The notes below the pieces were generated by a model. The model was given only the letters and a program-made list of their open reading frames with translations. It had not been told where the DNA came from and ran no database searches. Of a stretch of 64,000 nt of DNA, positions 50,785 through 64,000 are shown one piece after another; the first letter of the stretch is position 1, and every line of letters starts with the position of its first letter. A program made the position numbers and the translations under genes. This stretch comes from Callorhinchus milii (taxonomy: Eukaryota), in the NCBI RefSeq assembly GCF_018977255.1, contig NW_024704742.1:132868001-132932000 (forward strand), given 5' to 3'.

Positions 50785-53700
50785 GTAGGACAATAACAAT
50801 GTACCTGTGATTTACAAGCAGTAATGGTGCTATGTGGCTGTAGGCGCCTGAGCTACGAGAAGAGAAAGCGAGAAAACAGACCATTTACACTTCAGAATAA
50901 TAATCCTTGGATTTGATACAGCGTCTTATCACGTTGTTGAGACGTCTCAAAGTGCTTCACGGAACATACTGTAAGTGGATTGACTGTATTTTGTGGGTGA
51001 AATGCGGCAGCCAATTAATTGCGCACAGCAGTGTCCAACAAACAGTCATGAATTGAGGGAACAAATAGAGGGTTGAAGAGGAATCTGATGTTTTTAGATG
51101 AGTTCGACTCAGAAAGGGATTAGGTGAACAAACTGCTTTGGATTTATAGTAGTTTAAGTGCGGAGGATGATGAATATTTGAAACAGAACTTTCAAGGAAA
51201 CAATGCAGATGAATAGAATTGTAGAATTATACAGCACAGAAGGAGGCCATTCGGCTGATCATATCTGTGCCGGCTCTTTGAAAAGAGCTATCCAATTCAG
51301 TCCCACTCCCCGCGCTCTCCCCATAGCACAGCACACCTGTCCTCCCCAAATAATTATCTACTTCTCCCTTAAAAGTTTTTACCGAATCGGCTTCCACCAC
51401 CCTTTCAGGCAATGCGGTCCAGATATGAACAACCCGCTGTGTAAAATAATTTCTCCTCTCCTCCGCTTTGTTTCTTTTACCTATTAAAATAGGGTCAGCA
51501 TATTTAATAATGATATGAGGAGATTGGAATGGGGATATGAAGGTGAGTTGGATGAGGATATGAAGGAGTTTGGATGGAGACACAAATGTGAGTTGAATGG
51601 GAATATAAAGAGAAATGGATGGGGATACAATAGAGGTAGATTTTGAATACTAGTGATATTTTAGAAACTGACTCCAATCAGACTGACTGTAATTGGCTTT
51701 TCTGACCTTGGACCTTTGTTCTTGTGTATTACGTAATGCAAAACAGGGATGTGGATCTTTGTTGTGTGAGTGAGCTGAGGAAACATGACTGAGAGATCAT
51801 GAGTGCATTGTCTTGATCACATTCATCAGATCTAACAAGCACCTGACCTAAGTATTCATAACACTGACACCAAAGGTAGAGACGGAGTCCTGTAGCTCAG
51901 TAGTTAGAGCACTCACCTCGCAAGTGAGAGATCTGGGTTCTGTTCCCGGCAGAGCGAAATGTTAGGCAAGTTTCCTTACTCCACGCGCCTCTGTTTACCT
52001 AGCAGTAAGTGGGAACCCGGTTGTTAGTCGTTTGGCAGATCGCTTTTCCGGGGATAATAATCCCTCAAAAAGAACACAATAATAATTTGGTCACTTCAAT
52101 CCATGACTGTTTGTGGGACACTACTCTGCGCAATTGGCTGCCGCGTTCGCCCACAAATATACAGTCAATTCACTTTACAGTGTGTTCTGTGAAGCGCTTT
52201 GGGACGTCCTCCCGACGTGAAAAGCGCTATATCAAATGCAACGATTATTATTATTATCAAATGCAAGGATGATTATTATATATTATTATTGCATTCCCTC
52301 TGTAAATGCCCCAGCGACGTGGAGACCGGTAGCCTATTGGTTAGAGCACTCGCCTCGCAAGAGAGGACCTGAGTTTGATTCCCACGCGGGGCAAAACCTT
52401 AGGTAAGTTTCTTTATTCCACATACCTCTGTTTACCTAGTAGAAAGTAGAAACCCGGTTGGCGGACCGAATTCCAGGGGTAATAATCCCTTAAGAAAGTC
52501 TCACTCCCTCCACAACTGTTTGTGGGACACTGCTGTGCGCAATTGGCTGCCATGTTTCGCCCACAAAATATACAGTCAATTCACTTTACAGTATATTCTG
52601 TGAAGCGCCTTGAGACGTCTCAACGATGCAAGGATTATTATTAAGTTTTAATTTGCATTTACATCACGCCCTTCACATGGGAACTTTCTGTATGCTTTTA
52701 AAAAAAACAAAGGTTACCAAGCCCTGTACCTTTTGGAGCTGGCGAAACGCTAAATCCAGTGGGAAACATCAAAGTTATTATTTCTGCATTTCTCTACGGT
52801 GGTTTCAGTCCCAAAAGTGTAAGCCTCCCAAAGTCGAAACCACAAGGGGAAGGCAAGAAGGCAAGTAAACAATAGAAACCTTTAACGGGGTCACTAGTTG
52901 TAACGTCTTGTTATTGGCATTAAATCCAAGCGCGTCAAGTGCTGTGTTCTCTGTCGGTAATATATGGCAGGAACAAGGTCAACGTATCCTCAATCCTGTG
53001 AACACAAACCCCTGAGGGAACACAGGAATGTTCAGGACAGGAAAAGACCATGACAGACCATCTGGATCACTCCCAAAGTAAACATCAATAAATAATCCTA
53101 CACTACTCTATCTTTCATGCCTCTCAGTGCGAGTGTCTTGGCCAAACAGCGATCTAATCCCTCCTGAATATCCGGGTACAATCCGTCTTCGCTTCTTCCG
53201 TAGACAGGCCTGTCCAAGTGTTCACCACCCTTTGTGTGGAGTCATTAAATTTGAACGCTCACCTTTCATCTTCTGAGCTGGAGCCCCACACCTGGACTAT
53301 CACACTGGCTCAGTCTCATATCTCGTCCGACGGATGGCACCTCTTGCCTCTGAGTTGGAAGGTTGTGGGTTCAAGCCCTGCATCCCTGCACTGCATTGTC
53401 AGAGACGCCCTCCTTTGGCTGAGACCCTAAACCGAGATCCCATCTGCCCATTCAGGTGGACATTAATTATTATTATTATTACTTGAAAAGAGAAGGCAAT
53501 TTCTCCCAATGTCCTGGCCAACAGTCCCCAAAATAAAATTGTTTACTCACTCCTTTGCTGTTTGTGGGGCACTGCAGTTCACAAACTGGTTGCCATGTTT
53601 CACTCACCAAATACAGTCAATCCACGTCACAGTATATTCTGTGAAGCGTTTCGAGACGTCTCAATGATGTGATAAGATGCCATATCAAATGTAAGGATTA

Positions 53701-56239
53701 TTATTATCCTTTAAGCATCTTGCCCATTAAATTTCTCTTCACACTTTCTATAAAGTTCTATTACACTGTCCTATGAACTGGTGGTGCCCATAAATGATGA
53801 ATGAAATGCGTAAATCTTGTATAAGTTAAAAGTAGCCATTCACATCATGGCTGTTTCAGCGCCTTGGGACGTCCTCCTGACGTGAAAGGCGCTTTATAAA
53901 TGGAATCTTGTTGTTGTTGTTGTTGTTTGTGGAGGAAAATGGGCATTTGTGAACAAAACAAACAGTCACTACGCTTCACAGTGAATTCCTTTGAAACGTC
54001 TCACCAACGTGACATCAAACACAAGGATCATTTATATTTATCATTATTCTAATCCTAATAATATTCACTTCATGGCTGTTTGCAGGATGCTGCTGTGTGT
54101 GTGCAAATTGGTTGCTGCGTTTGCCTACAAAAAAATACACAGTAACTACACTTTACGGTACTGTATGTCATATGAAGCCCTTTCAGACATACTCTCGACA
54201 TGAAACACGACAGTATATCAAATGTAACGGTTATAATTAGATCTGCAGTTAATGCAATTCTAAGAATGACCACAGGATGTCGGTATCTACCAGACACTGA
54301 CCATCCGACCAGAAGAGATTTTAAAAAATCTGTTTGCCGACAACACCATGAGAGGGAGAGAAGCTTATTTTGCTTGGCATCAGAGGTGGACACCAAGCGC
54401 AGGGGAACCAATAGAAAGTTATTGATCTCTGTCTTTAGGATAAATGAAACGGAGTAAATGCAATAATGGGTTGGCTGTAAAAAAAATGGTTCTTTGGTCA
54501 TTCACTGAGCTAGCTCCGAGATGCTACCCAGTTGAAGTATCCTATACAAATGCAAGTTGTTGTTGTTGTTGGAATATAGGCAATCACATTTGCTTCCAAA
54601 CTACGCTTTACGGTAAATCCCGTGAAGCCCATTACAATAAAATAATATATAATAATCCTTGCATTTGATATAGCGCCTTATCAATTCTTTGAGGCATCTC
54701 AAAGCGCTTCTCAGAATATACTGTAAAGTGAATTGACTGTATATTTGTGGGTGAAACGCGGTAGCCAATTGCACACAGCAGTGTCCCACAAACAGTCGTG
54801 GATTGAAGTGACCAAATTATTATTATTATTATTTTTTCCTTGAGGAATTAGTATCAGGCGTGTGGAGTAAGGAAACTTGGCCAAGGTTTCGCCCTGCCTG
54901 GAATTGCTTGCGAGGCGAGTGCTCCAACCACTGAGCTACAGACCCCGTATTGAGACGTCCTCCCGACGTGAAAGGCACCATATAAGATGCAAGGATCATT
55001 GTTATAATGAATGATAATAAGATGTAGTTGGCAACTCTTTTGAAAATAACCCTTGTGTTTGGTATTGAGCCTGTAATAGCATCTTTTTACAATGCTCTGT
55101 GGGGAATTTGCATTTCTATGTGAATAATATGGGCACTGCAGTGTCCACCTGAACAGGAGGCCATCTTTCGGACAAGACGTGAGACTGAAGTCCCATATGA
55201 CTGTTCTGGTGTGTAGATTTATGTCTTTCCCATTGGTACGATGTCTCAAAAGTGCTACCCACTACTGGATGGGCACTTGAGCTAGGATTTGAGCTGCAAG
55301 GTGGAGTGGACAGAAGAGGAGAAGGTTGACCAAAGCACGGTGAGTGAGGTACATTTTGAGTAGGTTCCGTGGTGCTATTTTGAGCCAAGAGCCAAGCGTT
55401 CGGACAGTCTCCTTGGCCAACGTTTCTCCTCGTCCAAAATAATAATAATAATAATAATAATAATAGGAAGAAGTACTTCAAGCAGAGAGTAGTGAGATTG
55501 TGGAACTCACTGCCTGAAGTGGTGCTTGAATCAGACAGTGTAGATGCATTCTAGAGGAAGCTAAACCTTCACATGAGGGAGAGGGCAATAGAAATGTAAT
55601 AATAATCCTTACATTTGATATAGCACCTCATCACGTCTACGAGACGTCTCAAAGAGCTTCGCAGCATATACTGTAAAGTGAATCGACTACATTTTGTGGG
55701 TAAAACGCGGCAGCAAGTATCTCACAAACAGTCGTGGATTGAGTGACCCAATTATTATTTTTCTTAAAGAGATTATTGCCCCCAGAAAAGCTCACTCCCC
55801 TTTGGTGGCATCTCCCTTTAAAGAAATCTGAATTAACGTGTCGAGGCCCTCAATTGTGAACACGACATCCCAAGTTAAACCAAGTTAAATCTTTTTGAAA
55901 ATCAGCAACAGTTCAATTCATTCAATCATCTCATTGTCTGTGGGAGAATTACAATACGATACAATTTATATAGAGCTTTGCATGTCGGGAGAGCATCTCA
56001 AAGGGCTTCACACTGTTGGCTTGGTTCATCAATTCAGACTAGTTGGCACATATGCCCATATCATAGCCTTTCAAATTAACCCTTTGCGTGAAGAGATTGG
56101 AGACATTTTGGTGCAGTAAGACATGCTATCTAATAGTGCAATTATTGTTTCAGCACTGCATCCAAATGAGTAATGCACTAGGTGGAGCCTGTGAGCTGTT
56201 CTATGAAATTTTCTTGTGGGTACTTTAGTATCTACAGTG

Positions 56240-56670
56240 ACTGAGAAACACAGAGGAGAAAGGGTGAGACGAGAGCACGAGCGTGGGGGAAGCGAGCGAG
56301 AGAGACAGACAGAAAGGAGAGAGCAAGAGTGACAGAGCGAAGGAGCGGAAGAGAAAAAGGAGAGAGAAAGAAATAGAGAGAAAAGTTAGAGAGAAACAGA
56401 GAGGAAAGTTAGAGAGGAAGAGAGAGAAACAGAGAAAAGGCAAACAGAAGAGAGAGAGAGAGACAGAGTGAAGACAGGCAAAAAAGAAAGACAGAGGGAG
56501 AGAGACACATTGATGAGGGATATTGAGCGAAAAGAGAAGACAGAGGGAGGATAATAAAATACGGGACGAGGAGTGAGAGCAAAAGGGGAAAAAAGGATAA
56601 TAATAAAGGATAATAAAATACAGGACAAGGCGTGAGAGCAAAAGGGGAAAAAAGAGAACAGGAAAGAAAT
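56240..56670. repeat. Purine-rich (GA) low-complexity tract with a tandem duplication of about 60-bp period
   Basis: ggataataaaatac.ggac.agg.gtgagagcaaaaggggaaaaaag occurs twice (about 56549 and 56608). Confidence 0.85.
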
Positions 56671-59600
56671 GGGAATCAGGGATACGCATGTGTCAGAGCA
56701 CAAGGAATAAACCCAGGGCAGAGTTTGGCAACACAAAAATTGGGTAACTGCAAATGGCACAACAGGAGGGGAGGCAAAGAGACCTGGGAATTATTAAGAC
56801 TTTTCCAGTAGTCATAGTAATAATAATAATAATCCTTGCATTTGATATAGTGCTTTTCACATCTTCTAGATGTCTCAAAGCGCTTCACAGAATATACTGT
56901 AAAGTGAATTGACTATATTTGTGGGCGAAATGCGGCAGCCAATTGCACACAGCAGTGTCCCACAAACAGTCGTGGATTGAAGTGACCAATGTATTATTGT
57001 TTTTTTCCTGAGGGATTATTATCAGGCGTGTGGAGTAAGGAAACTTGCCCAAGGTTTCGCGCTGCTGGGAATCGAACTCAGGTCTCTCGCTTGCGAGGCA
57101 AGTGCTCTAACCACTGAGCTACAGGATTCCACATGGAGTCAATAACCAGAGGACACGAGGTTAAGATACAACAGCTTACATTTATGTAATGCCCTTCAAT
57201 GTTGGACAACATATCGTAGTTATTATAATAATCCTTGCATTTGATATAGTGCCTTATCACATCGGTTGAGGTGTCTCAAAATGTTTGTCATGATTTTACT
57301 GGATTTTACAGCCCAATCCCCGTGAAGGACTCCCAAGACATTACCCTCTGTGAAGAATGCTATATAAATGCAAATTGTTGTTGTAGTAACTATTTGTAGG
57401 TGAATGTGGCAGCCCATTTGTGCGCAGCAATGTCCCACAAACAGACATGAAGTGAAGGATCAATTTTTACCAGGGGATTGTTGGCTAGGACCCCGGGAGA
57501 AATCCCTTCTCTTTGCAAATAGCGCCAAGGGATCTTTAATATCCATCTGATCAGGCACAGATAATTTATTGTCTCATCTGAAGGATGGCACCTCTGACAA
57601 TGCAGCGCTGCGCTGGAGTGTCAGGCTAAACTGTGGCTCATGTGGTTGAAAAATACCAAGTCACACTTGCCAGTGAGAGGTCCTTTGTGTCCGTGTGCAG
57701 TCAGTTTGCGCAGTCAATGTCCCACAAACAGCCATGAAGTGAATGACCAATGTTACCTGATGCATTTTCGACCAGGACACTGGGAGAAACCTTCCTCCTG
57801 TTTTCAAGTAGCACCTTCAGAGGCTGCATAATGTTTCACTGAAAAGGTAGATGGCTCAATGTCTCCTCTGAAGAACACACCTCCTGACCAAATCCCCCTG
57901 CCCTCCGCACTCATCCTCCCAGTACTGTGGTCTCAGAGAAAGTCCCCACAATGGGGCTTGATCCCACAGCTTTCTGACCCAGAGACCAGAGTGCTCCCCA
58001 CTGAGGCCGTCTGTAACTCCTCACTGTCCTTTTGTCTACTGGATTGACATTCCTGCCTCCTGTTCCCCTGCTCTGCCCGCCCCACCATAAGCAGTTATGA
58101 CCTTCATATTACCTGCCCCCAGTCTCTGAAACTGCATCCTGGAGTCCCTCTGGCTCGTTCGTTCGTTCATTCCCTCCCTCCCTACCTTCCTCCCTCCCCC
58201 CCTCAAGGTCTATCTCAAGACCTACCAGGTCATCTTCCCCCCGCCCCCAGCTTCGGTGCCAAACCATGATCTTGTATTGATCCTCGTGCCTTGGGACATC
58301 CTCCCGATATAAATAGTGCTAGATAAATGCAATTTGTTGTTGACAGGGGCCTTGGGGTGTCCTCCCAATGAGAAATGCACTGAATAAATATAAATAATAA
58401 TAATGCTTGCATTTGATATAGTGCCTTATCACGTCTTAGAGACTTCTCAAAGCGCTTCACAGAATATACTTTAAAGTGGACTGACTGTGTATTTGTGGGC
58501 AAACAAGCTGAAGGAAGGAGAACGAGTTGGAGGGACCGCAGGATGGAGATCCAGAGAGTGGGGGCAGAGAGGCTGAAAGGCCAGACTGCTAATGGTGCGG
58601 CGAGCAGAGCAGGGCTTGGGGGAACAGCCTTCTGAAAGGAGACTTGCCCGGGCTTTGAGAGCAGACACACCTGTTTAGTGTCAGGGTGGACTCCTGGCCC
58701 ACTGGCTAGTGTCACATGTGGGATATTTACCAGCTTCAAAGTCTCTAATTGAGCAGCGCTGTGCTCTTGTGGTCAAGGAATGCATCTTGGGTTTCGGAGC
58801 GAGCACTTGCAGAGGAATGGGAAGGAACGTTTAACATCACTAGAAGAAAATTGAAGAGGACAGTGAAGAATATAAAATTACCCAAAGCAATGAAGCATTT
58901 AGTTTTCTTTTCCAGATGAAATGTTTTTGTTCTTTCCCCTTCCTCTCCAACCCCCCCACCCCCATTTAGTTTTATAATAATATAATAATAATCCTTGCAT
59001 TTGATAGAGCACCTATTACAGTATTAACAATAATAATAATAACTTGAATTTTAGGAAGCTCAACAATATCAAAAAAAGTAACAATAATAATAATCCTTGT
59101 ATTTGATGCAGCGACTTATCATGTTGGTGAGTCGTCTCAAAGTGCTTCACAGAATATATTGTAAAGTGGATTGACTGTTTATTTTGTGGGCGAAATAATT
59201 GCACACGGCAGCATCCCACAAACAGTCGTGAATTTAGTGACCAAACTTTGTTTGGAAAGTGATTCACCAATCGACTAACAACTGGGTTCCTATTTACTGC
59301 TAGATAAACAGAGGCGTGCGGAGTAAGGAAACTTGCCTAGGGTTTCTCCCCACCGAGGAATCAAACCCGGGTCTTCTCGCTTGCGAGGCGAGAGTGCTAA
59401 CTGCTACACTGTGGGACTCAGCAATCTAGTTTTCTCTTCCATTTTCCCTGTCTTCAGTGATGTGTTTGAGTTCTTTTCCTGTTACCCGGAGTCTGGTTCC
59501 GCTAGACCATTCTGCTGTGGTGCCTTGACATCAAGAAAGCTGTCAAATGGGGTTCATTGATCGGTCAAACCCCATATTATCCTTCTACAGCCATCACCAG

Positions 59601-60259
59601 TGAAGACACTCACATGGCCACCTCCAACAAAGCGTTGGGGGCGGGGGTGGTGGTCCTAGATATCATCATTGTTTGTGGGACATTGCTGTGTGCAAGTTGA
59701 CTGTCGCTTTCACCTACAAAATACACAGTCGATGCACTTTACAGTGAAGCGCTATAAAAACAAGGATTATCGTCATTATTATTATTTGCAGATGAACCCC
59801 GCAGTCATTTTACACGCAGCAATGCCTCACAAACAAACAGCCATGATGTGAATGACCAATTCTATTTGGGGAGGGTGGAATCATTGGTGAGGACATCGAG
59901 AGAAACTCCCTTCTCTATCCGAGTAGCGCCACGGGATTTTTAACGTGCCGGATGGGGAGCCGGTGCCTTGTTCGCCAGTTGTAATAATGAAAGTACTCTG
60001 ATTCTTTTGCCAATTACCTTAAATATATGTGCCCCGGTTACCCACCCACCCGCCAGTGGAAACAGTTTCTCCCTATCTACTCTATCAAAACCCCTCATAA
60101 TTTTGAACACCTATTTTCAAGCCCCCCTTAACCTTCTCTGCTTGGTTAGCTCTTCCAAGATTAGGCACTGACACCATGGGCTGAATGGCCTCCTTCTGTA
60201 CTGTAAATTCTATATGAATTTGACACAGGTTCACAATGAATTACTCTGGTCTCTTTCAG

Positions 60260-60382
60260 GTGTGGGCGAGCTCCTTTCTTCCCAACGAGCCCAGGATGGC
60301 TGACCGCACTCAGAGGGAGTATTTTGGGAACCAGGGGATGCCCCTGCTGCTGGACTACGCCAATTTGGAGGCTCAGAAGAAG
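60260..60382 (+). CDS. GALT: GALT exon 7 (123 bp); remaining exons not found in the window
   Basis: tttcag|GTG TGG GCG AGC...AAG AAG|gtcctg: VWASSFLPNEPRMADRTQREYFGNQGMPLLLDYANLEAQKK. Confidence 0.94.
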
Positions 60383-61856
60383 GTCCTGTTCACTGATTAA
60401 CCTCATAGAAAAAAAATTGCGGTCACTCAATCCATGACTGTTTGTGGGACACCGCTGTGCGCAATTGGCTGCCGCGTTTCGTCCACTAAATAAACAGTCA
60501 ATCACTTCACAGTATATTGTGTGAAGCGCTTTGAGAAGTTTCAACAACATGATGAGGCGCTATATCAAATGCAAGGATTACGATTGTTATTATTGTTGTA
60601 GATTGTAGCATTAGCAGCTGGCTTCTGTTTGACTACACACTCGTGCTTCTGTTTCACTACAGTGGAGTTTGATGTGGGGATTACGGCCAGAAAAGTATGT
60701 GGCATCTGTCCAAGCGAATAGGTCAGGTGTCTTTAGCACTTCACGGCGATTCGTCAAGTGAACCGTGCCAGTAAGGTGCCGGCTTGCGGTTCGATGTTCC
60801 CCTCTCTGTGCATTTAGTTATTTTATATCCGACGGGTTGTCATGTTCCAGCTGTTACACCAATGCTTGTTTTTATTGCCTCACATTTCCGTCACTTTAAG
60901 AAAAGTAAGGGCTCCAATTTGTTTTTGAGACCAGTTTGTGGTTTGAAGGAAGTTTGTTTCTCTATATATCAGTACCTGGCTCACTCCTCTGTACGTCAGT
61001 AATTAGATCATATACTATCTCCTGACTTACTATCTTTTCTCGTCCTCCCCCGCCCACCGAGCTCGGGTTCCAGCCAGCTGTGTGAAGTGATGTATCAAAT
61101 CCAAGTATTATTATTAATATTATTCTCATAATGGAGGCAGTCTCTCTGTTTCATTGAGACATCATAGAGTCCCTTAACTTAGTAGTCAGCGTGCTCGTCT
61201 TGCAAATGAGAGGACCCGGGTTTGATTCCTGGGCAGGGTGAAACCTTAGGCAAGTTTCTTTACTCCACACGCCTCTGTTTACCTAGCAACAAGTAGGAAC
61301 CTGGTTGTTAGTCGATTGATGGATCACTTTCTGGGTAATAATCCCACCCAAAAAAAAAAATGTAGTCACTCAATCCACGACTGTTTGTGGGACACTTCTG
61401 TGTGTAATTGGCTGCCCACAAAACACACGATCAATCCACTTTATAGTGAATTCTACAAAGCACTTTGAGATGTTTCAATGATGTGATAAGGTGCTATATC
61501 AAATGCCAGGATTATTATTATTATCTCGGAGGGGAGAGCCACAGAGGTTTATAAGATGCTCAACAGCGATAGAGAGAGTAACCTCAGAATGATATTTTCA
61601 GGTCAGACAGAGCAGAGGGATGAGAGGTCAGAGCGTCAGGTTTGCACAGGGCATGGTTTTAGGACAGTCACCGGGAGATATTACTTCATGCAGCGGGCAG
61701 TCAACAGCTGGAACGGGTTACCAGGAAGAGTGGTTGAGGTCAGGACACATGGAATTGTTTAAGAAACAGCTTGACATTGCAATAGGAAGACGGCAGTAGA
61801 ATTGGGATTTGGGAAGGATCAGATCAAATGGGCTGAAGATCCTTTGACAGCCGAAC

Positions 61857-61894
<38 letters not shown>

Positions 61895-63571
61895 GTCTCT
61901 CACTTTTGTGATCTCTCTGTTCCCAGTTCTGGATCCTCGAAAAACACATCACCAAATTCCTGCGGGCGAGAAAGAGTCCAATAATATGCCTTAAGTAGTT
62001 TTCAGTTTGCCTAATGATAGATAAAGATAAAGCACCTTTCACATCAGGAGGACATCTCAAAGCGCTTCACAGGATTTTCTAGGATGACATCCAATTTGAG
62101 CACAGCAACATCCCTACAAGCAGTCATGACCAATTTTATTTGGGAGATTGTTGACCAGGACACTGGAAGAAATTCCCTTCTCTTTTTGAATAGTGCCATG
62201 GGATCATTAACATCCACCTGAACAGACACTCCAGGTTTAATGTCTTATCCGAAGGACAGCACTTCCAACAATGTAGTGTTTCCCCCAACATGGTGTTGGA
62301 GTGCCAGCCTAGACTTCATGATGTAAACTGTTTAGTCAGCAGAGAACCCTCACTCCTTCGTAGGACTTTGTGTCAGAAATTATCAACACTGCAGCTTTCA
62401 ACAGCAATCGAGGCTCATTCAATAACATAGTAGAATAAATGGACACAGGTTTAGAGTTGCAAAAGGCAATTTCAGGACAGACTGCAGGAAGGTTTTCTTT
62501 ATGCAAAGGGTGGGCAAAGATTGCCAGAAAAGGTGGTTGAGGCTGGGACACTGGGACTCATTTGAAAAGCAGGCTTTTGCAGTAATGGGAGAGGGTTGGG
62601 GAGGAAGGGGGAATCTAGTCACAAGTCTAGTCTGATGCTCCAGATGGGCATTAATGATCTCCTGGCACTATTTGAAAAGAGAAGGGAGTTTCTCCTGGTG
62701 TCCTGGCCAACAATCCCCCAAATAAAATTGGCTGGTTTGTGGGACATTGCTGTATGCAAATAGGGTGCCGGGTACGCCTACAAAATACAAAGTCACAGCA
62801 CTTTACTGTAAATTCTGTGAAGCGCTTTGAGACATCCTGATGATGTGAAAGGCGTTATGTCAAATGCAAGGATTATTATTACAGTAAAAGTCACATGAGT
62901 CATTTGAGTCAGGACCATAGCATTTAATCCGTTTGACATCACGAAGCATGAGTTAGAGGCAAACTTACGTAATTTGTATAAAATCTGATTTAATCAATAA
63001 TTAATTTAATCAATAATAGTCTACAGGTTCAGAACATTTTCCACAACTCAATGCAGCTGGTAAGTGCGCTAATGGCGTTACAAGTTAGGAGATGATTTTC
63101 TTTATGAAATCGACTAGTGCAAAGAAACCTAAGTGAGTTTTGGTAGGAAACTGAATGCGGCTCAAGTGCATGTATGACTCGGGCGATTATATGATTGATA
63201 AAGATAAGATGTAAGCGAGTTTTACTGTTATTTATTATTATGGGTAGAGAAATGAACTTCTCCAAAACAGACAGGCAGGAGCAGATACTCTGGATTACAT
63301 CAGCTGCAGCTGGGAGAAAGGCAGTATCCAATTGTACATATTTTCCGTCCACTGAAATTAGCAATGGATGTCCTGATACAAGACAGTACTCTGATAGAAA
63401 GTCCTTTGGGCGTTAACCTTGAGGTGCATAACAGCGAGGAACTAATTTATTGTGAAAGAAGTTTAAGTTAAATTATCTCCGGACTTCAGAGCAAAATAAA
63501 ATGGTACAAAAAAAATTTTTCACAAAAATTTCAAACCAATTCACTCCGATTTATATCAAACTAAGTGAATA

Positions 63572-63677
63572 CAGGGTGACCAAAAAGTTGTGATTTTATT
63601 TAAAACAAAACACAAATATCATAATTTCTTTAAGAATTATTAGACAGCAATATTATCATGACTTTTTGGTTACCCTG
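63572..63677. mobile_element. 106-bp Tc1/mariner-type MITE
   Basis: TA|cagggtgaccaaaaagttgtgat ... atcatgactttttggttaccctg|TA: 23-bp imperfect TIRs with a TA TSD. Confidence 0.8.
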
Positions 63678-64000
63678 TAGTTTCTCCACTGATAGTTTAC
63701 AGAGTAAAGGAGATGCAGTTCTAGGGAAAATCGGGCACCCAGTTCAATAATAACAATCCTTGCTTTTGATACTGTGTCTCTCAGGTCAATCAGAAGTCTC
63801 ACAGGATTTTACTGTTAAATGTAGTGACTTTGCATTTTGAGGGTGAATGAGGCAGTACACTGCAATGTTCTCACAAATAGCCTTGAAGTGAATGAATGGT
63901 CGATTTTGTTGGCCAAGTCACCGGGAGAAACTCCTTTCTTTTTTCAAATGGTGCCTTGGGATCCTTAACATCCATCTGAATAGCCAAAACGGGACCTTGG

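Overview
Repeat-dense vertebrate genomic DNA. The SINE/LINE repertoire (Deu-domain SINEs, L2, CR1, a Penelope-type terminal repeat) suggests a cartilaginous fish; this is inference. The window holds the ARID3C-SIGMAR1-GALT block, syntenic with human 9p13: a probable 13-codon first exon of ARID3C (-, 4888-4926), all four SIGMAR1 exons and GALT exons 1-7. The main anomaly is that an 8.2-kb segment (33006-41240) carrying the shared promoter, GALT exon 1 and SIGMAR1 exons 1-2 is inverted relative to its flanks, so each gene has exons on both strands. Three of the four junctions expected for a heterozygous inversion are present: two novel ones (33005/33006 and 43615/43616) and one ancestral one (41240/41241, continuous through an L2 remnant). 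They coincide to the base. Both broken introns are phase 1, so the inverted allele predicts two reciprocal in-frame fusions: SIGMAR1(ex1-2)::GALT(ex2-end) and GALT(ex1)::SIGMAR1(ex3-4). A misassembly cannot be excluded without reads, and a 25-N gap lies at 43332-43356. Other points: a 1.9-kb C-rich minisatellite, a GC-shifted SINE inside the promoter, an unclassified repeat family, a dead hammerhead-like core and nested retroelements. Repeat boundaries are approximate.
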